Shown: positions 46,223-57,653 of the stretch, one piece after another
Numbering within the stretch: position 1 is the stretch's first letter
Layout of the letters: the number at the start of each line of letters is the position of its first letter
Source of the DNA: Rebecca billardiae RCC1528
Taxonomy: Eukaryota > Protista > Haptophyta
Reading direction: 5' to 3'
Assembly: GCA_965240325.2 (NCBI GenBank)
Contig: OZ251222.1
Span: 1,426,001 to 1,490,000, forward strand
DNA length: 64,000 nucleotides
Program-made: the position numbers and the translations under genes
Notes under the pieces: generated by a model
Seen by the model: only the letters and a program-made list of their open reading frames with translations
Told to the model about the DNA's origin: nothing
The model's database searches: none

Positions 46223-47266
46223 GAAACTTGGTTGGCTGGTTAGGTTGGATGGGCACCCCTCTCGTCACTGGCCGAGCCCGAGAGCCGGCAGCCATGCTGA
46301 TCCTCATGCTGGCTGCCGAAACATGGTTGGCTGGTTAGGTTGGATAGGCACCCCCCTCGTCGCTGGCCGAGCCCGAGAGACGGCAGCCATGCTGATCCTC
46401 ACTTTGCTGGCTGCCGAAACATGGTTGGCTGGTTAGGTTGGATAGGCACCCCCCTCGTCGCTGGCCGAGCCCGAGAGACGGCAGCCATGCTGATCCTCAT
46501 GCTGGCTGCCGAAACATGGTTGGCTGGTTAGGTTGGATAGGCACCCCCCTCGTCGCTGGCCGAGACCGAGAGCCGGCAGCCATGCTGATCCTCATGCTGG
46601 CTGCCGAAACATGGTTGGCTGGTTAGGTTGGATAGGCACCCCCCTCGTCGCTGGCCGAGCCCGAGAGACGGCAGCCATGCTGATCCTCACTTTGCTGGCT
46701 GCCGAAACATGGTTGGCTGGTTAGGTTGGATAGGCACCCCCCTCGTCGCTGGCCGAGACCGAGAGCCGGCAGCCATGCTGATCCTCATGCTGGCTGCCGA
46801 AACATGGTTGGCTGGTTAGGTTGGATAGGCACCCCCCTCGTCGCTGGCCGAGCCCGAGAGACGGCAGCCATGCTGATCCTCACTTTGCTGGCTGCCGAAA
46901 CATGGTTGGCTGGTTAGGTTGGATAGGCACCCCCCTCGTCGCTGGCCGAGACCGAGAGACGGCAGCCATGCTGATCCTCATGCTGGCTGCCGAAACATGG
47001 TTGGCTGGTTAGGTTGGATAGGCACCCCCCTCGTCGCTGGCCGAGCCCGAGAGACGGCAGCCATGCTGATCCTCATGCTGGCTGCCGAAACATGGTTGGC
47101 TGGTTAGGTTGGATAGGCACCCCCCTCGTCGCTGGCCGAGCCCGAGAGACGACAGCCATGCTGATCCTCATGCCGGCTGCCGAAACATGGTTGGCTGGTT
47201 AGGTTGGATAGGCACCCCCCTCGTCGCTGGCCGAGACCGAGAGCCGGCAGCCATGCTGATCCTCAG
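46223..47266. repeat. Tandem satellite, 11 units of 95 or 98 bp
   Basis: Units start at GAAAC at 46223, 46318, 46416, 46511, 46606, 46704, 46799, 46897, 46992, 47087 and 47182. Degenerate units at about 45890-46120 and an inverted piece at about 45238-45278. Confidence 0.97.
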
Positions 47267-47621
47267 TCCTCACAGCATGTACTAGTATCATCATGGTTGG
47301 GGCGGCATGGTTAGGTGCAACTACCCTATAGCTAGGCTGTATTCGCCACCCCCTCAATTTTCCCATAGAAAGGCTTCTATAGCAAACACACCTGGGTATA
47401 GTATAACTCGCTTCCACACCCGATGTGAGAAGTGCCGGATCCACTCATCGTCGAACCGCGCTTGGCCTGCTGCCGCAACCCGCAGTTTGCAAGCTCAGGA
47501 CCTCCCCGGGCTCATCGTGAACGATCGGCGGCGTGACGGTTCTGACATCGGCGTGGATCGCTTGGAAAGCTGCGGAATAGAGCCGGCTGAACCGGCTGAA
47601 CCTGCGGCCGGATCCTTGGGG

Positions 47622-48542
47622 TCAGGCTGCAGGGCGCTCGCCGCCGCCCGACACTGCCGTCGAGTCCGAGGTTGCACCGACCCTCAGTTCGAACACCTCC
47701 TCTGGCAGCGAGGGAACGTGCACGTCCGCCTGCTCCAAGGTCTCAATGTGCTGTCCGGTAGAATCGTGCTCGGCGTCCGTCTCCGCAAGCAGCTGCGCGA
47801 GCTGCGCCTCGAGCCGCTCCACCTTGGCGGAGACGGCAGCACGCGCGTACTCGACAACCTCGCGCGTCTCCTCGTCCATTGCAGCAGCACCCGCTTCCGA
47901 AGAAGCGGCAGCAGCGCCGGTGTTCTTCTCCTGCGAAGCGCCGATCGCGCCAGGCGATGTGGTCGGCAGCGCATCCGGCATCGCCACACTCCGCACGAGC
48001 ACGTTCGCGCCCGGCTGTGCCGACTCGAATCCGCCTGCCGCCACGCTCCAGTTTGGCGGGAGCGTGCCCTGCGCGTCCGCCACTTCGCGCATCGCATCCG
48101 AGATCGACGCATCGGTGAGCCGCGCCCACTGCAAGCTCAGGTGGGTCACGTCGGGGCTACTCGGCATGGCCTCGTTCGACTGCTGGCGCGCCTCAACGAA
48201 ACGGTACGCCTCTTCCTCGGGGAGGCCCATGTCCTCCATCGCGACGATCCACTCGTACACAAAGCGCCAGACTTGCGAGCGGCGCACTGCCTTGCGGCTG
48301 CCGCGAGACAGGTCGATGGCCTCGTCGCGTGCATGTGGATTGCGCTCGAGGTACTTCTGCCGAAGCCGGTCCTCGAGCGCAAACGTGATGCGCGGAAGCG
48401 CGCCCATGCGAGCAGGTGGATTAGGTGGCGGCACTCGCTTGATGGCCCCCCACCATACCGGCTCGGTCGACAGGTTGCCGCGAATGCTGCTCCGCACGCG
48501 CTCCACCATGGATGACTCGAAGTGGATCTTTTTGCGCACCAT
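47622..48542 (-). CDS. Mitochondrial ribosomal protein mS23 (Rsm25)-like, 306 aa
   Basis: VERVRSSIRG...EPVWWGAIKRVPP...PRITFALEDRLRQKYLERNP pattern and MGLPEEEAY; acidic low-complexity C-terminus. Confidence 0.65.
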   Translation of the reverse strand: MVRKKIHFESSMVERVRSSIRGNLSTEPVWWGAIKRVPPPNPPARMGALPRITFALEDRLRQKYLERNPHARDEAIDLSRGSRKAVRRSQVWRFVYEWIVAMEDMGLPEEEAYRFVEARQQSNEAMPSSPDVTHLSLQWARLTDASISDAMREVADAQGTLPPNWSVAAGGFESAQPGANVLVRSVAMPDALPTTSPGAIGASQEKNTGAAAASSEAGAAAMDEETREVVEYARAAVSAKVERLEAQLAQLLAETDAEHDSTGQHIETLEQADVHVPSLPEEVFELRVGATSDSTAVSGGGERPAA

Positions 48543-48809
48543 CTCGACGCTCGCGAGACGCAACCTCGCCCGCTGCCCGCTTCGGCACGCAGATCGCGCG
48601 ATGGCGCTCGATCGATCTGAGTGACGAGCTCGACGAGATCGCTGCCGCTTACACAGTCCGGACTCAGCCGGATTTCCGCTGGATGGAATGGTGCGGTCCG
48701 ACGTGACGAGAGCCAGCACGCTCCACGCGGATCTGCAATCGGCGCCGTCATATTACAGCCATGGGCGATCACGCCATGGCTATCATAAGGCAGGGAAGGT
48801 CATTAGCAG

Positions 48810-49266
48810 TCAATTGATTGCCTCCGCGGTACCTGGGGCCTGTGCAAGCTGCTCCAGTTGCTGCCGCAATGCGTTGTGGAAGTGAGACGTGTAGGCACGG
48901 CTCCTGTTCATCAGCAAGGAGTGCATTGTGTCATACACCTGTGCTGTGGAGCCATTTGTTGCCTCAATCAGGCGGCAGCCTTCGACACTGATCTCGACCG
49001 TCATGCGCTCGTTCTCCTGTCATGGCCGCAGGCACACGCACGGGGTGTCAGTGCCCGCCCGGATATGCGGGGCAACCGCTCATGCAAGCATGCGCGCACA
49101 GCAGCAAGCATGCTGCCCGTCGCTACTTGCCCGGCAATGCGCGCACCAGAGTCTGCAGAGCCAGTTGCGCAGAATGCTCGCTGACGGTATCGGCGACGAG
49201 CTCGATAGACTGCACGCCTGCGCGCACATCGTCGGCGTGCGCCGCAGCCTCCAACGCCCAGTCCAT
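48810..49266 (-). CDS. GSKIP (DUF727)-like protein; complement(join(48810..49016,49147..49266)), 108 aa
   Basis: Spliced product MDWALEAAAHADDVRAGV...LQTLENERMTVEISVEGCRL...YDTMHSLLMNRSRAYTSHFHNALRQQLEQL fits the GSKIP pattern. Intron GTGCGC...GACAG. Confidence 0.75.
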
Positions 49267-49339
49267 CGGTGCGGGCCGCCGGCGGCAGATCATTCTGCCG
49301 AAAGGAAGATTGATACAGTAACTCCGCGGTCGCATCACG

Positions 49340-50527
49340 ATGGAGTCGGCTGGCGAGCGGCGGGAACCATTGATGGCATTGGCATCTATCTCGCGTAAAC
49401 CTGCCCGAGCATCTTGGACGAGGCGGTGCCGCTTGTCGGCACGCGCGCTCACAGCCGCGGCTCTCGGCTTAACAAGCTCAGTGGCCCTGCTCTCCGGTCT
49501 TCTCTTGGCACCGCATCTGCCCGAGGTCATGCCGGCTTCGCAGCATTCCCTCCGGCCTTCTCTCATTGATCGAGGGCGTTCCATAAGTGCCAGCCCCGTG
49601 CAGACGCTCGTGATCGGACTCGGATCTGGGCGGTGCGGCACGCATTCCCTGTCACGGCTGCTTTCCCTTCAGGCAAATGCCTCTGTATCGCACGAGTTTT
49701 CTGCCGATCATGATGCCGGCAGGAGCGAGCTGCGGTGGCATCCCAACACAGAGGACATCCGGCACCTTGACCGACTGTTGGCCGCAAAGCTGGAGGGAGC
49801 TCACGGGCTCGTCGGGGATGTCGCGTACTATTTGCTGCCCTACGCCGATCACATCGCTCGCGCGTTCAAATCGCGCGTGGCCGTGCGCTTTGTTGTGCTG
49901 AGGCGCAACGAACTGGATACCGTCGACTCGTGGGATCGTTTCATCGATTCGGACTTTTGGACAGAGGCGGGGCGCCAGAGGCTTGCGCGCACCCACTCGC
50001 GGAAGAGGGTCCAGCGCGCGGAAACGTTCCCTTCCTACCAAAACTGCAGTAAGCGCGAGGCGCTGTCGTGCTGGTGGCGTGACTACTACGAGGCAGCCCG
50101 CGGTCTCGCAGGCCGCTGGCCATCGCTCGTCAGGGAGTTCGAGATGGAGCGGCTCTTCGGGAACACGAGCGCGGTCGAGGAGCTGCTGACCTTTCTCGGC
50201 CGAGCGCACCCGTTTGTCATCCCCGCCCAAGAGGATGTTTGGCTACGCGGCCGCCATGCCGCGAGGCAAGGCGCAGCAGTACTGCGGCGAAAGCGTCCTG
50301 ACAACAACTTGTTGGACGGTTCTGCTGTCAGAGGCATCAGCGAGCATGGTGGCTTCCCACGGCAGCGGGATGAGGAGCAGGTCAATTTACGGGCTTCGCC
50401 AGGGGTGGGGCTGACGCCGAGCGATGACCTCGGCGCTGCAACTGCACTCATCAGTGCGTGCCAGTGCTACCGCCGAGACTACACAGTCGCAAGCTTCAAT
50501 CTTCATGCTGCTGCTGCTGATGCTTGA
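49340..50527 (+). CDS. Membrane-anchored sulfotransferase-family protein, 395 aa
   Basis: N-terminal hydrophobic anchor; PAPS-loop-like VIGLGSGRCGTHSL; VSHE; RFVVLRR...VDSW; EELLTFLG. Confidence 0.7.
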   Translation: MESAGERREPLMALASISRKPARASWTRRCRLSARALTAAALGLTSSVALLSGLLLAPHLPEVMPASQHSLRPSLIDRGRSISASPVQTLVIGLGSGRCGTHSLSRLLSLQANASVSHEFSADHDAGRSELRWHPNTEDIRHLDRLLAAKLEGAHGLVGDVAYYLLPYADHIARAFKSRVAVRFVVLRRNELDTVDSWDRFIDSDFWTEAGRQRLARTHSRKRVQRAETFPSYQNCSKREALSCWWRDYYEAARGLAGRWPSLVREFEMERLFGNTSAVEELLTFLGRAHPFVIPAQEDVWLRGRHAARQGAAVLRRKRPDNNLLDGSAVRGISEHGGFPRQRDEEQVNLRASPGVGLTPSDDLGAATALISACQCYRRDYTVASFNLHAAAADA

Positions 50528-50716
50528 CCTTTGTCTTTTGCTGCTGATTCGCAGCAAGCGGGCAGCGGCTCGTTCGTCGATCAATGACTCTGATGCGCAT
50601 GCCAAATAATATGTTATCTTTTAATAGTTGACGACTCATGGCGGCTATCATCTATCCGGGCCCGGCTCACATCCTGCTGCGGGGCCAAACTTGTAGTTGT
50701 ACTGAGTAGAAAGTTA

Positions 50717-51530
50717 AAACTGTGCCCTGGCGGGCGGGGGGGTCGGCGGGCCGTGCCAGTGCTGTCGCAATGTTTCCTCTGCGGGTTCGCGTCTTTCCAC
50801 AGCATTCGCTCGTGGCCGTGGGTGACGGACAGTCAGACCAGTGAGTACTCAGTGACACCTGTAGTGAAGTTCTCCCACGTGCGGTACGCGTCCGTGCGCA
50901 TCAGCGAGGCCCACACCCACGAGGGAATGTGCAGCACGCGGGGCGGGGCGGGTAGCCCGTTGCTCCGCGCGAGCGCGGGTACGCGCTGTATGTGCCGCAT
51001 CTCGACCGCGATGGCGTCATCGAGCGCCTCGCCGCCGACGAAGCCGCCAGAGTAGATCGTGTGCATGTCCTCCTGCCGCCAGCCGAGAGCGGTCGTCGCG
51101 AGGATGCTTGCCGATGTCCGCTCCGGGCATGATGGGCTCGGCACAGGTCGCGTTGACATCGTACACAGCCGCCACGTTGAGCACGAGCGCGTTGACGTTC
51201 ACGCAGTCGTCGCTCTTTGCCTCTTCGACAGGTCTGGCGCGCGCGTGTTTGGCGGCACGAGGAGCTGTTGGTTGTGCGCGCGCGCGCGCACAGCGACAGC
51301 GTGTGCCACTCGCGATTGAGAGCGGGCACGAGCTGCTCACGCAGGCACACGAATCGCAGCGCATCCGTCACCGGCGTGACGACGTCCGCCTCGTCCCGCA
51401 GCGCCTGCGCCATGGACGAGGATGGCGCGTCGATGTTGCATGCTCGACGATTCATCTCTCTGCGGATGGCATCACGGGCTTGTCTGTGTCGCGCTGCGGC
51501 GAGGGTCGCCAACTCGCGAAGATGCGGTTA
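50717..51530 (-). pseudogene. Degenerate transposon-like coding remnant, same family as 1-516
   Basis: Reverse-complement similarity to the window start; broken reading frames. Confidence 0.55.
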
Positions 51531-53443
51531 CTGCCACGGCGACAGACCCGGGAGGTGCGTCCGCTGCGCGTCGTACGCCGTTGGCGCTGCGCTTCCGTCG
51601 CATTGGTCACCGTCGACGCCATGCACGCCGGACGTGGGCTTCGGCTGAGGGACCGCGATCGACACTCGAGTGACTCGACAGTCCGGTGCGCGGATTCCGG
51701 CGATCGAGTTCAGAAGGCCGCGCGCCAAATCTTGCGTCGCGTGCGATGGCGCTTCCCGCCCGCGAGACACCTCGTGATGAGGGCCTTTCCGCACCGAGCT
51801 CGACGCGCGGCGGTGGATCGCGCGAGGTGGTTGTCGTGCGCAGCGCTTGATGCTATGGCCCGTGCGAGCGCTCGACGTGCAAGTCGGGCGAGGGCCGCCC
51901 CAGGTCGCACGATCGCGTCGACGCGCCGAGCGTGCCGCTCCAAACAGGTCGATTTAGCCCCCGTTCGACCTGCACGCGAGACGACGAGGGCAGCAATCGC
52001 GAATCGGGCGAAAACACGTCTCGGGAATCATCGCGCGATGTCCACGCCGGCGTTGGATCTGGCGCGCGCCGCCCACGCGCTCCGCGCCATCCGGGAACCC
52101 TTTTTCGGCCGAGCGTCCCCAGTGGTGAGTGGGAGCTGCGAGGGCGCCCGGTAGTGAGCGAAGCGATTTTCTTTTCTTTGCGAGGCGATTTTCTTTTTCT
52201 GAACTTTTCTTATCTTTTCCCCGGGCACTACAAGGGGCGGACCTACGGCCCGCCATAATATTGCGGCCCGCGACTCAGACGACTGTGACGTCATCGTCAT
52301 TCTAATCACACTGCGCTGAGACTCATAATTCAGTTTAGACAGCCGTAGACGCTCACTAACTATAGCTAGCTACTTATACTTATTATGGCCCGCGGTGCAG
52401 GGCGGAGCGCGTAGCGTGCAGCCCTCGCCGAGGGCCCTCACTACGTTGTCAAAAAGATCTTTTGATCAAAGAAAGGGGGACGGGGGACGATTTTAAGGGC
52501 CGTTGGAGCGGGTGAGTACTGAGTTTTCGCTTTTTCGAGGGGTACATTGGCCCATTGCTCTGCATTAGCAAGACGCATTGACGAAATAAGCGCGCCCGCC
52601 AATTCGCCGTATGTCGATGGACGGACGTGGGATCAGATACCCCGGGGGTGAAACAAGTGAGTATTTTTGTCATTCTTGTATGCTGAAGTACGAGTTTGCC
52701 GAGCGACGTTTGATTGTTTCGAGTCCAAAACTTGTTAGAAGAAGGATCCCAGCAAAAGCGTTCATTGGAGCTACGGGAGCTACGACCTAGTCGAGATCGC
52801 CGTAAACGCTATTATCTCGTGTGGTTCTGATTCTTGCCGAAGCAGAGATAACCGTAATCGCTATCATGGGGTGGGTACTCAGGCCGAAGCAGAGATAACC
52901 GTAATCGCTATCTATCTTCATTCGATCACAGCAAAGAAACCAATTTTCGGCGTTACGGTAACCCGTCCGGCGGCGGCCCGCCCAGTCCTTGGGCGGAGCG
53001 TTGTCCTGTTTTTAATCAACCGCCCTCGTCGCTCACCAAAAACCAGTGCAGTCGGGACAGCTTCGCGGGGCCGAGCGTCGTTCAACGCGGCGGTGATCGA
53101 GGTGGAGGCGGTGCACGTCACGCGGCGCAACCCGGCGACGTGGCGCAAGCGCGAGTCGGTGACCCTGCGAGTCTGGCTGGGCGCGTGTCGCTGCCGGAGG
53201 CGCGGTACACGGCGGCGGAGGAGGCGGCCATCACGACGTACATGCGCTCACTCACGGTGCAGGGCAAGGCGGCGGGCAAGCCGATCAACCCGCAGATGCA
53301 CCGCGCGCTCCGCCAGGTGGCCAAGGCGCAGCGCCGCTCGCAGTGAGCGGCAGCGCGCCGCGCGCGCCCGGCGAGCCGCGCGCGCCGCGCGCGCCGCACG
53401 CGCCGAGCGAGGGCGGCGGCGCGGGCGGCGGCGCGGGCGGCGA

Positions 53444-53485
<42 letters not shown>

Positions 53486-53490
53486 TGACT

Positions 53491-53548
<58 letters not shown>

Positions 53549-54420
53549 TGGTGCTGACGACAGTGGTGGTGGCGGCGGCGGTGCTCGCACTGCCGCGCAA
53601 GCGCTCGCGCGCGGCGCGGCTGACACGGGCGCGGCTCACGTCGGCGCGGCCGTGACGACGAGCACGATGCTCGCGGCGCAGACGGCGTGGGCGGCGCAGG
53701 CGGCGCAGGCGTGCGCGGCGCGGTCAGAGCGGCAGCGGCGACGGCGCCTCCGCAGGAGGCGCTCGCGGCAGCCGAGGTCGACGGCTCTCGCGGCTTCCAA
53801 CAACCGCTCAGCCGCGACGACGCGACAAAGGCGGTTGCCACCGCGGCCGAGCGGTGCGCGCTCGCCACCGCGGTCGGCGCTGTGCACGGGCGTGCTGAGC
53901 GGCTGAGCCCCTGGGGCCGCGCGAGCTCGCCCACCTCGCCCGGCGCGCACGCCGACGCCGCCACCGCGGCTCGGCGGCCGGACTAATCTCGGCCCGCGGC
54001 GCGTGCGTCCCCCCGGCGGCGCGCGCCGGCCGCCGCCGCCGCGCAGGCAGTGCACTCGGTGGATGAGACGGCCCTGCTGCGCGCGGAGCGCTGCGCGCCG
54101 CGCGCTGCTCCTGCTGCGGCGCGCAGCAGTCCGCTCGTCCGCCCCGCGGGCTCGCCACGGAGCCGAAGAGGCCGGACTAATCTCGGCCCGCGGCGCGTGC
54201 GTCCCCCCGGCGGTGCGCGCCACCCCGCCGCGGCCCGGCCGCCGCGCAGGCCGTGCACTCAGTGGATGAGGAGACGCAGCCCGTGCGCAGACGAGGAGGT
54301 GCCCATCAGCGCACACTTTACGCGCTGGTGGCAGCAGCTCAGGCAAACGAAGCTTGGCGATGACTCGCGAACTCAGTAGCTACATGTCCTAAGACAGCAG
54401 CAGGCACTGACAGACACTGA

Positions 54421-55674
54421 CTCATTCTATGATTTAACGACACAGGTAGGACGACGCGGCCGCGGGTCTCCTGATTCGTCGGCGGCAGTCACCGCCGGCA
54501 GTGTGAGTGGCCCGATCACGTCGACACGAAGTCGGCGTTGGTGGCAGAGCATAGCCTGCACCGCGATCGGATTGCTTGAGCGCGGCCTTGAGCTGCTGGA
54601 GCGCGATCCACCTGCGCTGCGCGGCTCGCATGGCCCTGCTGTGCCCCGAGCGAGGGCGATGGTGCAGGTCCGGATGTCAGCTGGCAGTCTCAGCCGCTGG
54701 TAGCAGCTGGTCGAGCCTGCCCCGTGCTCCCCGGGCGGTCGCGTACGCGCCTGCCGCTCGAGCCAGCTGGCTGGCTGGCGGCGGCTGGCGCTGCGTCGTC
54801 GTCCAGGGTGCGCTTCGTCCGCTGCTGCGGCAGCTCCTCGTCGTCCAAATCGTCGCCCGGGGGCGAGTCTCGGTCCTCGTGGAGCGGGGCAGCAGGGACT
54901 GGCGTGGGTGCAGCGGTCGGTGCCAGGCGCGCCGCCTTGCGCGCCTGGCGTTCCTTGACGGCGCGTCGAGGAGCGACGGCTCGATGGAGAACGAATCCGT
55001 CGGCCCTCGGCGTCGCGCCGTTGCCCGCGCTTCCCACGCCGGGGCTTCTTCTTCCGCTTCTGAGAGTGCTGCTGCTCGTCGTTCGCCGGCAGCGCCTCAG
55101 CGTCCGAGCCCTGCGCGGCGGGCGGGCGCACCGGCGAGGCCGGCGTGCGCGCTGCGTGCTGGGCGGTCCGCGGGGGAGCAGTAGAAGGCGCGCCACGACC
55201 TCCCTTGCGCCGCCGGCGGGGGCCGGCGGGTTTTCCCTGTGGAGAAGCAGAGCCAGCCTCCTGCGTGGCCGTCCGCTGGCGATGGAGTGCGTCAGCCGCG
55301 TGCCATCCGGAAGCGTGATGGTCCACCAGCGCGAGAGGCCATCCGCGGCGGTGCGCTTCGATCCGTCACACAATGCGCGGTCGGAGAAGCGCAGCTCGCC
55401 GGGGAAAGTCCCCTCGGGCTCGGTGTTCGTGGCGACGCTGGGCATCGTCCGGGTCACGTGGCCATGCTGGACAGACAGACTCATTCTATGATTTAACGAC
55501 ACAGGACCAGTTAGGACGACGCGGGTCTCCTGATTCGTCGGCGGCAGTGCCCGATCGTCGACACGAAGTCGGCGTTGGTGGCAGAGCATAGCCTGCACCG
55601 CGATCGTAAAGCTTGAGCGCGGCCTTGAGCTGCTGCAAAGCGCGATCCACCTGCGCTGCGCGGCTCGCATGGAC
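54421..55674 (-). mobile_element. Segment of about 1.25 kb bounded by two direct copies of the 190-bp repeat (TRIM/Penelope-like layout)
   Basis: Direct repeats 54421-54633 and 55480-55674 flank an open frame (MPSVATNTEPEG...). No recognisable RT or integrase. Confidence 0.4.
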
Positions 55675-56398
55675 TACTCGCCGCCCCAGCCATATTGTGC
55701 AATAAGCGGTTAAACAGTTCTAACGATCCTTCGATCAAGCTCAATAGCAATCTCATATTGAATCTAGAATCTCATACGCGCGCCCTTCAATCGAATATCA
55801 TGATGAACGGTACGGAACTGACAATTTGTGCATGTGCCCGTCCTAATCGTACGTGCGTTAAGTTTTGTCGCAATCATGACCCGTGGCCGTTGCTGCTCGG
55901 TCCAAGGGGGTTCAACCCCCTTGCTCGGTCATCAGTGATTAGTTGTTGTTCGGTCTTTCACACCCGCGCCTTTTACCCCCTAATACTGCTGAAAGATACT
56001 ATACTGACTTTGCGCACGCGCCCCTCCTAATCGTTCGTGCATTAAGTTTCGTCGCAATCATCATGGCCCGTTGCTACCAACCACCATCAAATTAATCTCG
56101 CCTGCCTGAGCTGTGTGCGTCTCTTATTCTTAGTAAACTGTACTCGGTCTTTCACACCCTCCCCATAACAAACTGACCCGCGCGCCCTCCAATCAAAAGT
56201 ATAGCATCAGCAGCATGCCATAATAATATGGTGAAACTTCGCGTCGCGAGGACGACCCGCTTTGCCCACGGTGCCGGTAGATCGACAGTTGGCCACTACA
56301 GCACGCCGCGACGACTGCATGGACTTGCGACGCCGAGGAGGACTGCGCGCGCCGCGTACTGAGCCGCTCTGTGTGAGGTTGGGCTCGTCAAGAAAACG

Positions 56399-57262
56399 AT
56401 GAACGTGAACACGCTCGTATACATCGAGGCAGCTATCGCCGTCGTGCGGGGAAAGCACACGCTCTCGGCGGCTGCCCAGAAGCACGGCCGTGCAGCGTGC
56501 GCCGTGATCTCCCACCTCCTCGACGGGGTCCGCTCTGCGCTGGAGGCGGTGGGCACGCTCGGCGGCGGTGGCGCGAAACGCCTGATCACGGACTTCACCA
56601 CAAGCGCTGCCGCAAACCGCTTCGCGCCGCTCGCAGCGCTCGACGGTGATCAGCCGCCAGCAGCCGCCCGCCCGCCCCGCGGGGGCGGGGGCGCTGATGC
56701 AGGCACACCGCACAGGCGCGCGGCGCGCGGGCCAGCGCGATTCGGCGGCAGGCGCAGGCGTGCCGCGCGAGGGCCAGCGCGATTCGGAGCGGCCCTCCAC
56801 TCCGATGCACTCGGCCTCCAAGCAGCCGAGCGCGCGCCAGGCCGGCATGCTCAGCCTGCCTGGGCACGCGCAACCTCGGCACCACGTGCTACCTCGGCGC
56901 GCTGCTGGCGGCGCTGCTCGCGAGCCCTTCCATCGTCTCGCTCGCCACATCCGCCGCGACGGAGCAGTCCAGCAGCAGCACCGTGTCCGGCGCTCGCTCA
57001 TGTCAACTGTGAGTGGCCCAGCGAGTTGGAGCCAACGCGCAGCTTGCTGGCAGCGATAGAGGAGTACGAGCCGGGGTCGACGAGTTCCATGACCCTGTAC
57101 TCGACGCAGCCATGCTTGCAATCCCCGACGACCAGGTGGAGGGTGGAGGCATCAATGGTAGCGACGTTTCAACCGGTACATGCTGCGGTCGCGGACTGGC
57201 TATCGGCGACAGTCCCGCTGGCACGGCCGCCCGCCGGCCCGGCCCCGGTCGGCGGCAACTGA
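56399..57262 (+). pseudogene. Possible transposon-derived ORF fragment
   Basis: AAIAVVRGKHTLSAAAQKHG resembles a psq-type HTH and NRFAPLA resembles a LINE ORF1 motif; otherwise low complexity. Confidence 0.25.
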
Positions 57263-57653
57263 GTTGATGGCAGCTCAGGCGTCGAAACTGTTACACATGC
57301 CAGACAGCAGACTGCAAGACAGCAGCCGACGGAGGGTGCACCGCGGGTCCCTAACTGCGTTGGTTCTACGGAAGGACCGCGGAACGCGGTCATATATGAT
57401 GTAGTCGCGTCGTCCCGACGATATGACTGTCACGTCAAAGTTCCGAGACTATATTTTGACGGTGCGCACTTATTTAATAGTTATGATTATTCGAATTTTC
57501 GCCCGTCCGTATCCGACGATTCGCGCCGGCCCTTCGGAGGCTTCATGCTTGCACTCTACTGACACTGTACATCAGTTGCACATGACGATGCATCTGAATA
57601 ATCCTATCATATCATCATCGTCATCAATGTCGCCACCATCCTCAGATCAGTCA

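Noticed and set aside
46223-47266. CRISPR array or hammerhead-ribozyme satellite
   Set aside because: Units are repeated in full with no unique spacers and no cas genes. A stem followed by GAAAC is present, but the CUGANGA core is not.
45896-47320. Telomeric repeat tract
   Set aside because: TTAGG-like motifs occur singly within longer units rather than as a tandem telomere array.
52836-52912. 30-bp direct repeat with a 17-bp spacer (mini-CRISPR-like)
   Set aside because: Only two copies, the spacer is too short, and the context is eukaryotic; a local duplication is more likely.
53100-54370. Gly-rich or poly-Pro protein gene
   Set aside because: A (GGC)n tract plus an internal duplication and broken frames inside a repeat-rich block; no coherent gene model.
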